Shown in pieces: positions 1-7,131 of a DNA stretch of 26,936 nt (position 1 is its first letter; each line of letters starts with the position of its first letter). The translations under genes and the position numbers were made by a program. The stretch lies in IMG/VR virus record IMGVR_UViG_2660238215_000003. One strand, 5' to 3'. This stretch comes from a virus. Taxonomy: Duplodnaviria > Heunggongvirae > Uroviricota > Caudoviricetes. The notes under the pieces were generated by a model, which worked only from the letters and a program-made list of their open reading frames with translations, ran no database searches and was not told where the DNA came from.

Positions 1-18
1 ACGAGTATTTTTAGTCAT
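1..18 (-). CDS. 5' end of a minus-strand gene running off the window (M-T-K-N-T-R...), function unknown
   Basis: Reverse complement of 1-18 reads ATG ACT AAA AAT ACT CGT; an AGAGG Shine-Dalgarno sits about 7 nt upstream on the minus strand (plus 24-28). Only 6 codons visible. Confidence 0.3.
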
Positions 19-121
19 CCTGTTTACCTCTTTCTCAGGGAGTTTAGTCTCCAGGATTTCCGGGGCGGTTCAAGTACCAACAGAAACTCAAAGACCTGCG
101 AAATAGCAGAAGTGAGGCCGC

Positions 122-328
122 ATGACGTTCTCAGTAAAAACCATTCCAGACATGCTCGTTGAAGCATACGGAAACCAGACAGAAGTAGCACGCAGACTGA
201 AATGTAGTCGCGGCACGGTCAGAAAATACGTTGATGATAAAGACGGGAAAATGCACGCCATCGTCAACGACGTTCTTATGGTTCATCGCGGATGGAGTGA
301 AAGAGATGCGCTATTACGAAAAAATTGA
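122..328 (+). CDS. ninH: NinH-like small DNA-binding protein (68 aa, helix-turn-helix)
   Basis: ATG start with GTGAGG SD upstream; 68 aa with HTH-like segment [19 protein letters not shown]; lies immediately upstream of a lambda-type phosphatase and Q, as in the lambda nin region. Recognised from memory of lambda NinH, not searched. Confidence 0.75.
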   Translation: MTFSVKTIPDMLVEAYGNQTEVARRLKCSRGTVRKYVDDKDGKMHAIVNDVLMVHRGWSERDALLRKN

Positions 329-977
329 TGGCAGCAAATACCGAAATATTTGGGTAGTTGGCGATCTGCACGGATGCTACACGAACCTGATGAAAAAACT
401 GGAGACGATAGGATTCGACACCAAAAAAGACCTGCTTATCTCGGTTGGCGATTTGGTCGATCGCGGTACAGAGAACGTCGAATGTCTGGAATTAATCACA
501 TTCCCCTGGTTCCGAGCTGTACGTGGAAACCATGAGCAAATGATGATTGATGGCTTATCAGAGCGTGGAAACGTCAATCACTGGCTGCTTAATGGCGGTG
601 GCTGGTTCTTTAATCTCGATTACGACAAAGAAATTCTGGCTAAAGCTCTTGCCCATAAAGCAGATGAACTTCCGTTAATCATCGAACTGGTGAGCGAAGG
701 TAAAAAATATGTCATCTGCCACGCCGATTATCCTTGTGACGAATACGAATTTGGAAAGCCAGTTGATCATCAGCAGGTAATCTGGAACCGCGAACGAATC
801 AGCAACTCACAAGACGGGATCGTGAAAGAAATCAAAGGAGCGGACACGTTCATCTTTGGTCATACGCCAGCAGTGAAACCACTCAAGTTTGCCAACCAGA
901 TGTATATCGATACCGGCGCAGTGTTCTGCGGAAACCTCACATTGATTCAGGTACAGGGAGAAGGCGCGTGGGCATAA
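306..977 (+). CDS. Ser/Thr protein phosphatase, lambda ORF221/NinI-type calcineurin-like metallophosphatase
   Basis: Translation from the in-frame ATG at 306 begins [24 protein letters not shown] and contains the metallophosphatase motifs GDLHG, GDLVDRG and GNHE. The 231 start in the ORF track is an upstream extension overlapping ninH. Confidence 0.9.
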   Translation: MRYYEKIDGSKYRNIWVVGDLHGCYTNLMKKLETIGFDTKKDLLISVGDLVDRGTENVECLELITFPWFRAVRGNHEQMMIDGLSERGNVNHWLLNGGGWFFNLDYDKEILAKALAHKADELPLIIELVSEGKKYVICHADYPCDEYEFGKPVDHQQVIWNRERISNSQDGIVKEIKGADTFIFGHTPAVKPLKFANQMYIDTGAVFCGNLTLIQVQGEGAWA

Positions 978-1456
978 GAGAACTAAACCTCACCAAAGAG
1001 CAGCACGAGTGGCTGAATGGCTGGCTTGAACTGTGGGGCGCATGGGTTTATTCAGGTCGTCTGGAAAAGCGCATGAGCAGCGTAATAGCGAAGTTCATGG
1101 AGAGCGTAGAGCCGGGGAGAGTTATGACAAGGCCAATGTGCAATGATGATGATGGAATGTTGATTTCTCAGGTCGTCGATTCCGTCATGTACATTGACAA
1201 GAAAGCCTTTGGCATCCTCCTCAGCTACTACGCTCATGGTTCTTCCAGGCACGCCATTGCATCTTACTATCATCGCGTCGCAAGACCTCGCAAGATGTTA
1301 TGCCGGGGCGGCGGGCGCATTCAAAAACCATCGCTCGCAACCTGTCGACGGGAAGTTGACGAAATCCTTAATGCCTCGTTGTTTATGATTTACCCGGTTC
1401 TGGATAGTGCGTTTAAAAACCGGAAACGTGTAGAGAAAATTAAACATGTAGCATAG
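968..1456 (+). CDS. Q: Late-gene antitermination protein Q (phage 21/82-type Q family)
   Basis: GTG start with GGAGAAGG SD upstream, overlapping the phosphatase stop; conserved N-terminal LELWGAW segment and Cys-rich middle typical of Q-family antiterminators; followed directly by a promoter-like region and terminator. The first in-frame ATG (1073) would remove the conserved N-terminus. Confidence 0.8.
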   Translation: MGIRELNLTKEQHEWLNGWLELWGAWVYSGRLEKRMSSVIAKFMESVEPGRVMTRPMCNDDDGMLISQVVDSVMYIDKKAFGILLSYYAHGSSRHAIASYYHRVARPRKMLCRGGGRIQKPSLATCRREVDEILNASLFMIYPVLDSAFKNRKRVEKIKHVA

Positions 1457-1531
1457 AACGTGTTGACATCATTGAGCAAATGAGCAACACTATTCGCATA
1501 TGCTGCTGCTTTTGCATTCAGCAACCATCAC
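1457..1531 (+). promoter_or_regulatory. Putative late promoter PR' / Q-utilisation (qut) region
   Basis: TTGACA -35 hexamer at 1463-1468 directly after the Q stop; the -10 element is not canonical (candidates AACACT/CACTAT about 17-19 bp downstream). Position between Q and a short-transcript terminator matches lambdoid PR' organisation. Confidence 0.4.
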
Positions 1532-1557
1532 AAGCCCACCTCCTGTGGGCTTTTTTG
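1532..1557 (+). terminator. Intrinsic terminator (tR'-like)
   Basis: 8-bp stem AAGCCCAC / GTGGGCTT with loop CTCCT, followed by a run of six T. Confidence 0.7.
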
Positions 1558-1678
1558 CATTCGCGTGCAATCAAAACAAGAGTCTTAGTGATATGGGCCT
1601 GAGATATGGTGGTGGAAACATCGCTCCGCTCTTGGCTGTCATATCTACGCGAACAGGCTCTATCCCTAAGGTAAAGCG

Positions 1679-2191
1679 ATGAAAGAAATAAAATTAACGC
1701 CAGAAATGGTGCTTTCTGTTGTTGATTACAATCCATCATCAGGCGACTTTCACTGGAAATGGAGGCGGGGGAGAGAGAGGACTACTTTGACATGGAACTC
1801 TCGTTTTGCTTTCAAGAAATGCTCATCAATAAGTTCTGGTGGGTATTTAATGATTATGCTTAATGGTAAAGCATACCCTGCTCACAGACTGGCATGGTTG
1901 ATTGTTTATGGCACCATGCCCGATGGCATTATTGATCACATCAACAGGGTAAGAACAGATAACCGGATATCAAATCTTCGTCTTGTCACTCATTCCGAAA
2001 ATATGCAGAACAGGAAAATTCAGAAGAATAATAAATCTGGGTACCGTGGCGTGTCTTGGGATTCTAAGTACGGGAAATGGAGAGCAAGAATTAATGCGTC
2101 TGGAAAGTGTATTAACCTTGGATACCATGACACAGCAGAACTTGCCGCTGCGGCTTTTGAGGCAGCCAGAATGAAATATCATACCGTTTAA
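1679..2191 (+). CDS. HNH endonuclease with C-terminal AP2-type DNA-binding domain (homing-endonuclease-like)
   Basis: ATG with AAGG SD; HNH-like core HINRVRTDNRISNLRLVTHSENMQN; AP2-like segment YRGVSWDSKYGKWRARINASGKCINLGYHDTAELAAAAFEAA; AT-rich relative to neighbours. Confidence 0.8.
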   Translation: MKEIKLTPEMVLSVVDYNPSSGDFHWKWRRGRERTTLTWNSRFAFKKCSSISSGGYLMIMLNGKAYPAHRLAWLIVYGTMPDGIIDHINRVRTDNRISNLRLVTHSENMQNRKIQKNNKSGYRGVSWDSKYGKWRARINASGKCINLGYHDTAELAAAAFEAARMKYHTV

Positions 2192-2200
2192 AGATGTAAG

Positions 2201-2241
2201 CTGCCGTTAGTGACTCTTAAGTTGCAACGGTGGCTTTTTTT
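2201..2241 (+). terminator. Putative intrinsic terminator after the HNH gene
   Basis: Stem CTGCCGTT / AACGGTGG (two G-U pairs) around a long loop, followed by TTTTTTT at 2235-2241. The long loop lowers confidence. Confidence 0.45.
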
Positions 2242-2245
2242 ATTT

Positions 2246-2320
2246 GGGTCAGTCGTATAAAGGTCATTACGGAAGGCTGTTAACCTTCTTATCGTGGTTC
2301 GAGTCCACGCTGTCCCGCCA
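2246..2320 (+). tRNA. tRNA-Asn (anticodon GTT)-like, with a weak D-arm
   Basis: Manual cloverleaf: acceptor GGGTCAG/CTGTCCC (one mismatch), anticodon stem GAAGG/CCTTC with loop CTGTTAA, T-arm CGTGG-TTCGAGT-CCACG, discriminator G and encoded CCA. The D-stem is only about 3 bp, so it may be a divergent phage copy or pseudo-tRNA. Confidence 0.6.
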
Positions 2321-2325
2321 AATAT

Positions 2326-2401
2326 GCTGGTTTAGCTCCAATGGTAGAGCAGTCGCCTTGTAAGCGAATGGGTAGCGGTTCAAGTCCGTTAACCAGCACC
2401 A
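2326..2401 (+). tRNA. tRNA-Thr (anticodon TGT)-like
   Basis: Manual cloverleaf: acceptor GCTGGTT/AACCAGC, D-arm GCTC-CAATGGTA-GAGC, anticodon loop CTTGTAA, T-arm AGCGG-TTCAAGT-CCGTT, discriminator A and encoded CCA. Confidence 0.65.
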
Positions 2402-2644
2402 TAACTGAGCCGTAGCCACTGGCTATCCTGAATTCATCAGTGATAGTTACGCTGCGGCCTTCTACACATGACCTCGTGAAAGCGGGTGGCAAGAGGTTGC
2501 GCTAACAACCTCATGCCGTTTTGCCCGTGCATATCGGTCACGAACAAATCTGATTACTAAACACAGTAGCCTGGATTTGTTCTATCAGTAATCGACCTTA
2601 TTCCTAATTAAATAGAGCAAATCCCCTCAATGAAGGGGTAGAGC

Positions 2645-2848
2645 ATGTACCGTATGGACAAAATCAGAGAATGGTTCAGTTACAGCTTCGGAGGACTGAC
2701 TGCGATGGGTGGCATTCTCTCCCTGAATGACTGGGCTGTCATCATTGGTATTCTTTGTACTGTCGGCACATTTGGCATCAACTGGTACTACAAGCGCAAA
2801 GAGCGCGAGGACAGATTGAATGGCAATGTCACCGGCACTACGAAATAG
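2645..2848 (+). CDS. Holin (small two-TM lysis protein, phage 21 S-like pinholin class) with dual-start motif
   Basis: 67 aa; begins MYRMDK with two in-frame ATGs (2645 and 2654) separated by a basic residue, the classic antiholin/holin dual start; hydrophobic segments [12 protein letters not shown] and [14 protein letters not shown]; charged C-terminus; overlaps the endolysin start. Confidence 0.75.
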   Translation: MYRMDKIREWFSYSFGGLTAMGGILSLNDWAVIIGILCTVGTFGINWYYKRKEREDRLNGNVTGTTK

Positions 2849-3323
2849 CGTAATAGCGGCGATAAGTGGCGGGGCTATTGCTATAGCATCTGTGTTAATC
2901 ACTGGACCGAGTGGTAACGATGGTCTGGAAGGTGTCAGCTACATACCATACAAAGATATTGTTGGTGTATGGACTGTATGTCACGGACACACCGGAAAAG
3001 ACATCATGCTCGGTAAAACGTATACCGAAGCAGAATGCAAAGCCCTCCTGAATAAAGACCTTGCCACGGTCGCCAGACAAATTAACCCGTACATCAAAGT
3101 CGATATACCGGAAACAACGCGCGGCGCTCTTTACTCATTCGTTTACAACGTGGGTGCTGGCAATTTCAGAACATCGACGCTTCTGCGCAAAATCAACCAG
3201 GGCGATATCAAAGGCGCATGTGATCAGCTACGTCGCTGGACATACGCTGGCGGTAAGCAATGGAAAGGTCTGATGACTCGTCGTGAGATTGAGCGTGAAG
3301 TCTGTTTGTGGGGGCAACAATGA
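2820..3323 (+). CDS. SAR endolysin (phage lysozyme with N-terminal signal-anchor-release domain; phage 21 R / P1 Lyz type)
   Basis: GAGGA SD; N-terminal Gly/Ala-rich weakly hydrophobic segment [16 protein letters not shown]; catalytic E-x8-D-x5-T arrangement in [17 protein letters not shown]; position immediately after the holin. Confidence 0.9.
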   Translation: MAMSPALRNSVIAAISGGAIAIASVLITGPSGNDGLEGVSYIPYKDIVGVWTVCHGHTGKDIMLGKTYTEAECKALLNKDLATVARQINPYIKVDIPETTRGALYSFVYNVGAGNFRTSTLLRKINQGDIKGACDQLRRWTYAGGKQWKGLMTRREIEREVCLWGQQ

Positions 3324-3415
3324 GCATGATTTGCTTTTTCATGGCAGCGTTGCTCGCATTCAATGGCAACGATGCGTGGCCGTGGTTTCTGGCCGTTGGA
3401 GTGTTGATGTCATGA
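3320..3415 (+). CDS. Possible 31-aa hydrophobic peptide between endolysin and Rz ([31 protein letters not shown])
   Basis: ATG overlaps the endolysin TGA (ATGA at 3320-3323) and its TGA overlaps the Rz ATG (ATGA at 3412-3415); G-rich SD-like run upstream. Too short for the ORF track; speculative. Confidence 0.3.
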   Translation: MSMICFFMAALLAFNGNDAWPWFLAVGVLMS

Positions 3416-3873
3416 GTCGGTTAACCGCGATTATCTCCGCTCTGGTTATCTGCATCATCGTCTGCCTGTCATGGGCTGTTAATCATTACCGTGATAACGC
3501 AATCGCCTACAAAGAGCAGCGCGATAACAAGGCCAGTGAACTGGAGAAGGCGAACGCCACCATTACTGACATGCAGCAGCGCCAGCGTGATGCTGATGCA
3601 CTCGATGCTAAATACACCGGAGAACTAGCTGATGCGAAAAAGCAGCTTGATGATCTGCAGCGTTGTGTTCGCACTGGCAAGTGTGGGCTGCACTTCAATG
3701 CCCGATGTCCAGCGAGCGGAAAGACCGGCACCGGCAGCTTGGGCGATGCTTCCAGCCCCGGACTTACTGACTCCGCTGAACGGGATTATTTCACCCTCAG
3801 AGAGCGAATCGTCACAGTGACGAAGCAGGTCGGCTACTTGCAGGACTACATCAAAGAGCAGTGTTCAAATTAG
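3412..3873 (+). CDS. Rz: Rz, inner-membrane spanin component (i-spanin)
   Basis: Starts [23 protein letters not shown] (N-terminal TM), followed by a coiled-coil-like charged region; lies after the endolysin and contains an embedded +1-frame lipoprotein ORF. The upstream extension to 3283 in the ORF track overlaps the endolysin and is not hydrophobic. Confidence 0.8.
   Translation: MSRLTAIISALVICIIVCLSWAVNHYRDNAIAYKEQRDNKASELEKANATITDMQQRQRDADALDAKYTGELADAKKQLDDLQRCVRTGKCGLHFNARCPASGKTGTGSLGDASSPGLTDSAERDYFTLRERIVTVTKQVGYLQDYIKEQCSN
3632..3820 (+). CDS. Rz1: Rz1, outer-membrane lipoprotein spanin (o-spanin), embedded in Rz in another frame
   Basis: Signal peptide ending in lipobox-like ASVGC followed by TS, then a Pro-rich region and C-terminal [11 protein letters not shown], matching the lambda Rz1 pattern; GGAGA SD; fully contained in Rz. 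Confidence 0.75.
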   Translation: MRKSSLMICSVVFALASVGCTSMPDVQRAERPAPAAWAMLPAPDLLTPLNGIISPSESESSQ

Positions 3874-3931
3874 TGTTAATGAAGAATTTTAAGGGTAATA
3901 TTATCTCTATTTCTCAGGATGGAGGTAATTT

Positions 3932-4339
3932 ATGCAGACCGATCTGGAATACTTGAAGGGAATGTTAGGGGTTTTTATTAAGGCTGGCGGACCATTGATA
4001 TCAGCTAATGACCTTAAAAAAGCTGGATACGAAATAAGCAGCGATAAAGGACTCTTTCATTACTACCAATTGATTGAGAGAGGTTATATCAGTAACCATT
4101 TTCTAGAAATAGGCGATCCTAAGAAATTAGGACTTACTATTGGGCTTAATGAAATCCGTGAATGGCCAGCCAATGTAAGACTCACGTCATCAGGCCAAGA
4201 GTTTGCAGAAACCCTTCAACAAAAGGATGTTTTTGAGAAGCTAAAAACAATTAGCGATCAACCATTATCGGTATTGAAAGATGTTGGTGTAGAGCTTCTA
4301 AAATCCTACGCAAAAAAGAAATTTGGTCTTTCAGATTAA
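3932..4339 (+). CDS. Hypothetical moron protein, DUF2513-like winged-helix protein (function unknown)
   Basis: Strong SD GGAGG 7 nt upstream; AT-rich gene in the lysis-terminase interval; motifs LFHYYQLIERGYISN and a C-terminal helical region resemble, from memory, the DUF2513 family. Not searched. Confidence 0.6.
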   Translation: MQTDLEYLKGMLGVFIKAGGPLISANDLKKAGYEISSDKGLFHYYQLIERGYISNHFLEIGDPKKLGLTIGLNEIREWPANVRLTSSGQEFAETLQQKDVFEKLKTISDQPLSVLKDVGVELLKSYAKKKFGLSD

Positions 4340-4453
4340 CTGCCTATGGGCGGTTTTTATTGCCATTACGATGATTCTCCCCATTGTGATGGCAGTATCC
4401 CCTACAGAGGATAATTAACCATATATCCCCACAAGCAGATAAAGAGGCTCTCA

Positions 4454-4567
4454 ATGTCCGACATCTACCAAACCCAAACAGGCGAAACCTTTACGGGCAA
4501 GACGTCACGACGTCAGCCTGAGCTGGTTAATGGCTTTATGCAGCTGGCTACCGAGACGGGCGAGTAA
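4454..4567 (+). CDS. Possible small ORF (37 aa, MSDIYQTQTGETFTGKTSRRQPELVNGFMQLATETGE)
   Basis: ATG with AAGAGG SD about 8 nt upstream; GC content higher than the surrounding AT-rich DNA; no recognisable family. Confidence 0.25.
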   Translation: MSDIYQTQTGETFTGKTSRRQPELVNGFMQLATETGE

Positions 4568-4655
4568 ATAACTCCATTAGGAGAATGTGGAACCATTACA
4601 CTTTGAGCCGTTAACTGATATTGATAAAGGTAAATAATATCCTGGTTAAGGTTTT

Positions 4656-4928
4656 CTAATAGCCAGCCATTTGCAAAATCACAGTTACAGCAGCAGCGAA
4701 AGCTGCATATGAGTTATATTTAGACTGTAACCGCGCAGTTAAGAAAAATTCGTGAAGATCTACATTTTTTTTGGGATCATCAAATGTAATTGCTACAACG
4801 GTGCTTCTACCTGTTTTGACTTTGGCTGTTGCTGATTTGATCCATAACCCAGCCGATAAAAACCCAAAGAAAATCGATAGTGCATGATGGTCAATTAACC
4901 AGTTTTTAATTAGTAATAAATCACTCAT
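4656..4928 (-). CDS. Hypothetical small membrane protein (about 90 aa, two predicted hydrophobic helices), convergent with the DUF2513-like gene
   Basis: Open minus-strand frame of more than 100 codons in AT-rich DNA (stop-rich composition makes chance ORFs less likely); ATG at complement of 4926-4928 gives MSDLLLIKNW...; hydrophobic segments ALSIFFGFLSAGLWI and AAFAAAVTVILQMAG. Its promoter would have to lie inside terS, and the SD is weak. Confidence 0.4.
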   Translation of the reverse strand: MSDLLLIKNWLIDHHALSIFFGFLSAGLWIKSATAKVKTGRSTVVAITFDDPKKNVDLHEFFLTARLQSKYNSYAAFAAAVTVILQMAGY

Positions 4929-4952
4929 TTTCAATCCAATTGAGACTTTGTC

Positions 4953-5504
4953 ATGGCACTCACCGACAAACAAGAGATGTTCTGTCGCGAGTACCTCATC
5001 GATTTAAACGCCACGCAAGCGGCTATTCGGGCGGGGTACAGCGCAAAGACAGCTAACCGTACCGCATCCGAAAACCTGTCAAAACCTGACATCAAGTTAA
5101 GAATCGCCGAACTGAAAGCGCAACGCAATGATCTTGTTGGTATTAATGCAGGATATGTACTTAATCGCCTTATTGAAATCGACCAGATGGATGTGCTCGA
5201 CATTCTCCTGCAAAACGGTGAGCTAAAGCCCATTAAAGACTGGCCTAAGGTATGGCGCACAACGCTATCAGGAATGGATGTCGTGGAGATGGCATCCGCA
5301 GATAGCGCCGCACTTCTGAAGAAAATCAAATGGCCTGATAAGGTTAAAAACCTTGAGTTGCTCGGGCGTCATGTTTCTGTTCAGGCGTTTAAAGACAATG
5401 TCAAAAATGAAGTGACTGGTGCTGACGGAGGACCAGTCAGAACAGAAATTACCAACTTAACGCCGGAGCAGGTTGCAGAAGCGTATAGAAAAATGATGGG
5501 CTAA
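4953..5504 (+). CDS. Terminase small subunit (P27/Terminase_2-type)
   Basis: N-terminus [30 protein letters not shown] is typical of this small-terminase family; immediately precedes the large terminase. Confidence 0.85.
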   Translation: MALTDKQEMFCREYLIDLNATQAAIRAGYSAKTANRTASENLSKPDIKLRIAELKAQRNDLVGINAGYVLNRLIEIDQMDVLDILLQNGELKPIKDWPKVWRTTLSGMDVVEMASADSAALLKKIKWPDKVKNLELLGRHVSVQAFKDNVKNEVTGADGGPVRTEITNLTPEQVAEAYRKMMG

Positions 5505-5508
5505 GAGT

Positions 5509-7131
5509 ATGCCGTTACCATTCCCCTTCGATTTTAAACATCCTGATTACCAGATGGTTTTTGAATGGCGGATGGAACGCCTACAGCGCATTCGCCAGAA
5601 TCCTGAAATATTGCCTGCACTAAAACAGTTTTACCGAACCAATCCGGCTCAGTTCATCATCGACTGGGGCATGACAACGGACCCGCGTAATATTGATTAT
5701 GGCCTGCCGGTGACCATTCCGTTTTTACTCTTCCCTAAGCAGGAGGAGTGGATCCACTGGATTATGGAACGCTGGAGCAATCGGGAGAATGGTATTACCG
5801 AAAAATCCCGTGAAATGGGGCTCAGTTGGACCGCGATCGGACTGGCATGCTCGCTTTGTCTCTTCAACAAAGAAATGGTTATCGGTTTTGGCTCCCGTAA
5901 AGAGGAATACGTCGACAGCACTGGTGACCCGAAAGCATTGTTCTGGAAGGCGCGCAAGTTCGTGGAAACGCTACCTGTAGAGTTTCGCGGTTCGTGGAGT
6001 GAGAAGAAGCACGCGCCATATATGCGTGTTGAGTTTCCTGAAACTGGTGCCGTTATCAAAGGCGAGGCTGGCGATAATATTGGTCGTGGTGACCGTACCA
6101 CGCTTTATCTGGTTGATGAGGCTGCATTCCTTCAGCGTCCTCTGCTGATTGATGCGGCGTTGTCACAAACGACGCGTTGCCGTATCGACCTGAGTTCAGT
6201 TAACGGCATGGCTAACCCGTTCGCTCAGAAGCGTCATGGCGGGAAGATACCGGTATTCACATTCCACTGGCGGGATGATCCTCGCAAGGATGAAGAGTGG
6301 TATCGCAGGGAATGCGAGAAAATCGATAATCCGGTGGTGGTGGCACAGGAACTTGATCTGAACTACAGCGCATCAGCGGAAGGCGTCCTGATTCCATCCG
6401 AATGGGTACAGGCTGCCGTTGATGCGCATATCAAACTGGGTATCCAGCCAACAGGCAAACGACTTGGCGCGATGGATGTCGCCGACGAAGGCAGGGACAA
6501 AAATGCCTTTTCCACCCGTCATGGCTTCCTCCTGGAAAATGTGCGGGAATGGTCCGGTGTGGGCAGCGACATTTATCAGTCCGTCGAGAAGATTTTCGGC
6601 TTTTGCGAACAGGATAACCTCGAAGAGTTTCGCTTTGACGAGGACGGACTGGGCGCTGGAGTTCGCGGCGATGCACGCGCTATCAACGAACTGCGTAACG
6701 CTGCGCGTCGACCGTCAATACTCGCCACACCGTTTCGAGGTAGTGGCGCGGTATTTGATCCGGATGATGAAGCTGTTCGCGGGGACAACGGGCAAGCCGC
6801 ACGTCTGAACAAGGACTTCTTCGCTAACGCCAAAGCCCAGAGCTGGTGGCGGTTACGTAAACTTTTTCAGAATACCTGGCGCGCCGTGGTTGAAGGTATG
6901 GCTTACAACCCGGACGAAATCATCTCAATCAGCAGTAGCATGGCACTCAAAGATAAACTCATCATCGAGCTTTCGCAGCCGACCTATTCCATTAATGGTG
7001 TGGGAAAAATCGTTATTGATAAACAGCCTGATGGAACCCGGTCGCCAAACCTTGCCGACTCGGTGATGATCAACTATGCCCCAATGAATTCAGCCCTGAA
7101 CATCTGGGAGTTGCTAGGGAGACAGGCCTGA
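5509..7131 (+). CDS. Terminase large subunit
   Basis: 540 aa, follows the small subunit after a 4-nt gap; ATPase-like N-terminal half and acidic nuclease-like C-terminal half; its stop overlaps the portal start (TGATG). Confidence 0.85.
   Translation: MPLPFPFDFKHPDYQMVFEWRMERLQRIRQNPEILPALKQFYRTNPAQFIIDWGMTTDPRNIDYGLPVTIPFLLFPKQEEWIHWIMERWSNRENGITEKSREMGLSWTAIGLACSLCLFNKEMVIGFGSRKEEYVDSTGDPKALFWKARKFVETLPVEFRGSWSEKKHAPYMRVEFPETGAVIKGEAGDNIGRGDRTTLYLVDEAAFLQRPLLIDAALSQTTRCRIDLSSVNGMANPFAQKRHGGKIPVFTFHWRDDPRKDEEWYRRECEKIDNPVVVAQELDLNYSASAEGVLIPSEWVQAAVDAHIKLGIQPTGKRLGAMDVADEGRDKNAFSTRHGFLLENVREWSGVGSDIYQSVEKIFGFCEQDNLEEFRFDEDGLGAGVRGDARAINELRNAARRPSILATPFRGSGAVFDPDDEAVRGDNGQAARLNKDFFANAKAQSWWRLRKLFQNTWRAVVEGMAYNPDEIISISSSMALKDKLIIELSQPTYSINGVGKIVIDKQPDGTRSPNLADSVMINYAPMNSALNIWELLGRQA

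Noticed and set aside
231-305. Upstream extension of the phosphatase ORF (MMIKTGK...)
   Set aside because: It overlaps ninH in another frame; the lambda-type phosphatase N-terminus (MRYYEK...) begins at the internal ATG at 306.
2409-2458. Possible third tRNA after tRNA-Thr
   Set aside because: A 7-bp acceptor-like stem exists but the element is only about 50 nt with no T-arm or anticodon arm; treated as a hairpin or remnant, not a tRNA.
2289-2492. 67-aa minus-strand ORF across the tRNA cluster
   Set aside because: It is the antisense translation of the two tRNA genes and the adjacent structured non-coding DNA; no SD, and the tRNA folds explain the sequence.
3283-3411. Upstream extension of Rz to 3283
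   Set aside because: It overlaps the endolysin 3' end and is not hydrophobic; the typical Rz N-terminal TM helix begins at the ATG at 3412.
5697-6101. 134-aa minus-strand ORF inside the large terminase gene
   Set aside because: Antisense to a well-supported terminase gene; no independent signals.
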